64,000 bases of DNA from Azolla caroliniana (lineage: Eukaryota > Plantae > Polypodiophyta), in NCBI GenBank assembly GCA_043228905.1, contig JBHGNT010000013.1, positions 11,780,001 through 11,844,000 on the forward strand. The letters are read 5' to 3'. Below, one piece after another: positions 62,156-64,000 of this stretch; positions within the stretch are counted from its first letter, which is position 1; each line of letters begins with the position of its first letter. The position numbers and the translations under genes were made by a program. The notes beneath the pieces were generated by a model. That model searched no databases. It saw nothing but the letters and a program-made list of their open reading frames with translations, and was not told where the DNA came from.

Positions 62156-64000
62156 GACCTTGAGCAATAAAGGTCATATTGTGCCTAACATTCCGTTCTC
62201 TTCCTCTTACATTCCTACTAATCTTGTTACATATTTTAGTTGCTTGTAATCATAAATCATCTCGACTTGTACTTGTTAATGATTTCTCAACAGAGGAGTA
62301 CTGACATTGTTCTGCACTAGATGACAACGTTCTCAACACCCCACACATCTGAATGTACTACATCCAGGATCCCTTTGCTCACATTCCTCTCATTGGGGAA
62401 TGGTTGTCAGCGTTGTTTGCCGAATTGGCAGGCTTCACATACACCAACTATCTCCTTTTCGGTAAATGTTGGGAGTCCGATTACGACTCCTTTCGACCGC
62501 ATTCCTTTAAGCTTTTGGAGATTGATGTGGCCAATTCACTTGTGCCACAATTTCAAGTCGGTTTCGACTTTGAGGCCTTTGGTGAATATAGTCGATTTCA
62601 TCTTGTTTGATTCGAGGATGAACATTTGGCCTTCTCTTCGACCGTGAGCTACCAATTGGCCTTCTTCCTCAATAAAGCACCACCCTTCATTATTGAATCG
62701 TACTTGCATGCCTTGTTCGACAATCTGGCCTATCGAAACCAGGTTTTTCGTGATGGTTGGGACATGCAGTACGTTCTTTAGGTAAGTTTATTTGTCGACA
62801 TTCCTGAATGGGAGATTTTCGATATGCCGAATCGAAAGAGTTGTGTCGTCTTCGGTTTGACATAACCAAGTCAATCGGGCTTTCTCAACTCTCGGAACCA
62901 ATCTTTATGAGATTTCATGTGATTGGATGCTCTTGAGTCTACAAACCATACATCGTCTAAGGAGGAGGTGCTTGTCGGACCCTTTGCCGATATCGAATGT
63001 GTTTTATGCCTCATTACAAACATTTGCCATGATTGTCATAGTCGGAATTCGTGGCATAGTTCATGAGTTGTCGACTGGTCGAAGCCGACTCTCGTTGGTT
63101 CCTTTGGCACTCCACTTTGTAGTGGCCGAGTTTTCCACAATACCCACATTTGATTGGGTTGTTGTGATGGTTTGGTCCTGCAGGATGGCTCCCCCTTCTG
63201 TTGAACTCCCTATGATTGTTCCTATCATCTTGCCATTGATGGGAGTTGTGTTCACGGGTCGGTTGACCCTATCACCCTCGGCCGAATCCCCTTCTATCAT
63301 CCAACTAGGAGTAGAGCATTTGACCATCTGGTGCATTGCTCTTTTGTCAAGCGTGATTTTTCGCCATCAGTAGTATAGATTGAAGGTTGAAAAAGGAAGG
63401 AGGGTTCTCCCTTGCGAGAATGGCCAGTCTGATCATGTTGAATCGAGGTGCCAAGCCGCCAAGGCTTATTTGCACCATTTCGTCATCATTGATGATGACA
63501 TTTATTGATCTAAGGGCATCACACAACTCCTTGATCTTCAAGGTATAGTTGGTGATTGACATGTCCCTCTGTTACATGTTATTCAACTATTGTTGGAGTG
63601 GAGCTTTTGTGCAGCCATATTGGCAACAGAAATCTTCTTGGGATTGCCCCAAGCATCTTTCAGTGTTTTCGCCTTTCGAATATAGACCAGCATGTGATCA
63701 TGGACGCATGATGCAAGGCAATACAACACACAACTTGTGGCCTGCTCCCAGGCTGGGTAGTCGACGTGTGTTGGGTTGGGTTGTGTTTTGTGAGCTCCCT
63801 CTATATAGCTCCAGTAACCTTGTTCGACAAGGTATTGATGCATCTTGTACTCCCAAGATGAGAAGTTTGTTCTATTGAGCTTCCCTATAGGAAGAGCGCT
63901 TCCCATCTAAGTGTTCATGATGTCGATTTCTTCTCTATTTCTTGAACCGATTTTGTTGATCATCGACACAGGACACAACACAACATAGTTCAATAGGTTC

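Larger units (their letters stand above)
51297..62338 (+). mobile_element. Copia element B nested in A (5' LTR 51297-51651; 3' LTR 56539-56715 + 62161-62338; TSD CCCCA), gag-pol 52346-56342 pseudogenised
   Basis: CCCCA at 51292-51296 and 62339-62343; PBS TGGTATCAGAGC at 51654; PPT ACGGGGGAG before 56539; many stops and frameshifts. Confidence 0.92.
50030..64000 (-). mobile_element. Outer degenerate Copia element A (3' LTR about 50030-50546; interior 50547-51296 and 62344->63906; 5' LTR beyond the window)
   Basis: PPT ttccccctcaag at 50547; RNaseH/RT remnants; the integrase motif DVVHSDV|WGPAQ is split by element B; gag MGSALPIGKLNRTNFSSWEYKM at 63906. An internal deletion fuses INT to late RT near 51143. 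Confidence 0.85.

Overview
Eukaryotic, AT-rich land-plant nuclear DNA; the retrotransposon families suggest a seedless vascular plant such as a fern, but that is inference. Four host protein genes are visible. Three are on the minus strand: a 3-exon plastid membrane protein (1306-3392), a 12-exon three-RRM RNA-binding protein (4886-9196) and a 9-exon gamma-SNAP (12297-28537) whose two large introns are filled with nested retroelements. The fourth is an intronless ELC/VPS23/TSG101 gene on the plus strand (47054-48337). A satellite-like array of about 30 tRNA-Pro genes and pseudogenes (29900-32421, 43514-46051, 49735-50029) switches orientation twice and is interrupted by nested LTR retrotransposons whose TSDs, PBS and PPT can be read directly. 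The last 14 kb is a three-level Copia nest whose innermost element has an intact 1441-aa ORF and apparently identical LTRs. The most unusual observations are: a Copia element capped at both ends by about 58-bp LTR-derived inverted termini inside one TSD; a Gypsy element whose 5' LTR is folded back into a long inverted repeat; a GGATTTT-plus-hairpin -1 frameshift signal; tRNA-like Pol III boxes inside an LTR; and the tRNA-Pro-derived satellite itself. All alignments were done by eye, and homology calls are from recognition, not database searches.
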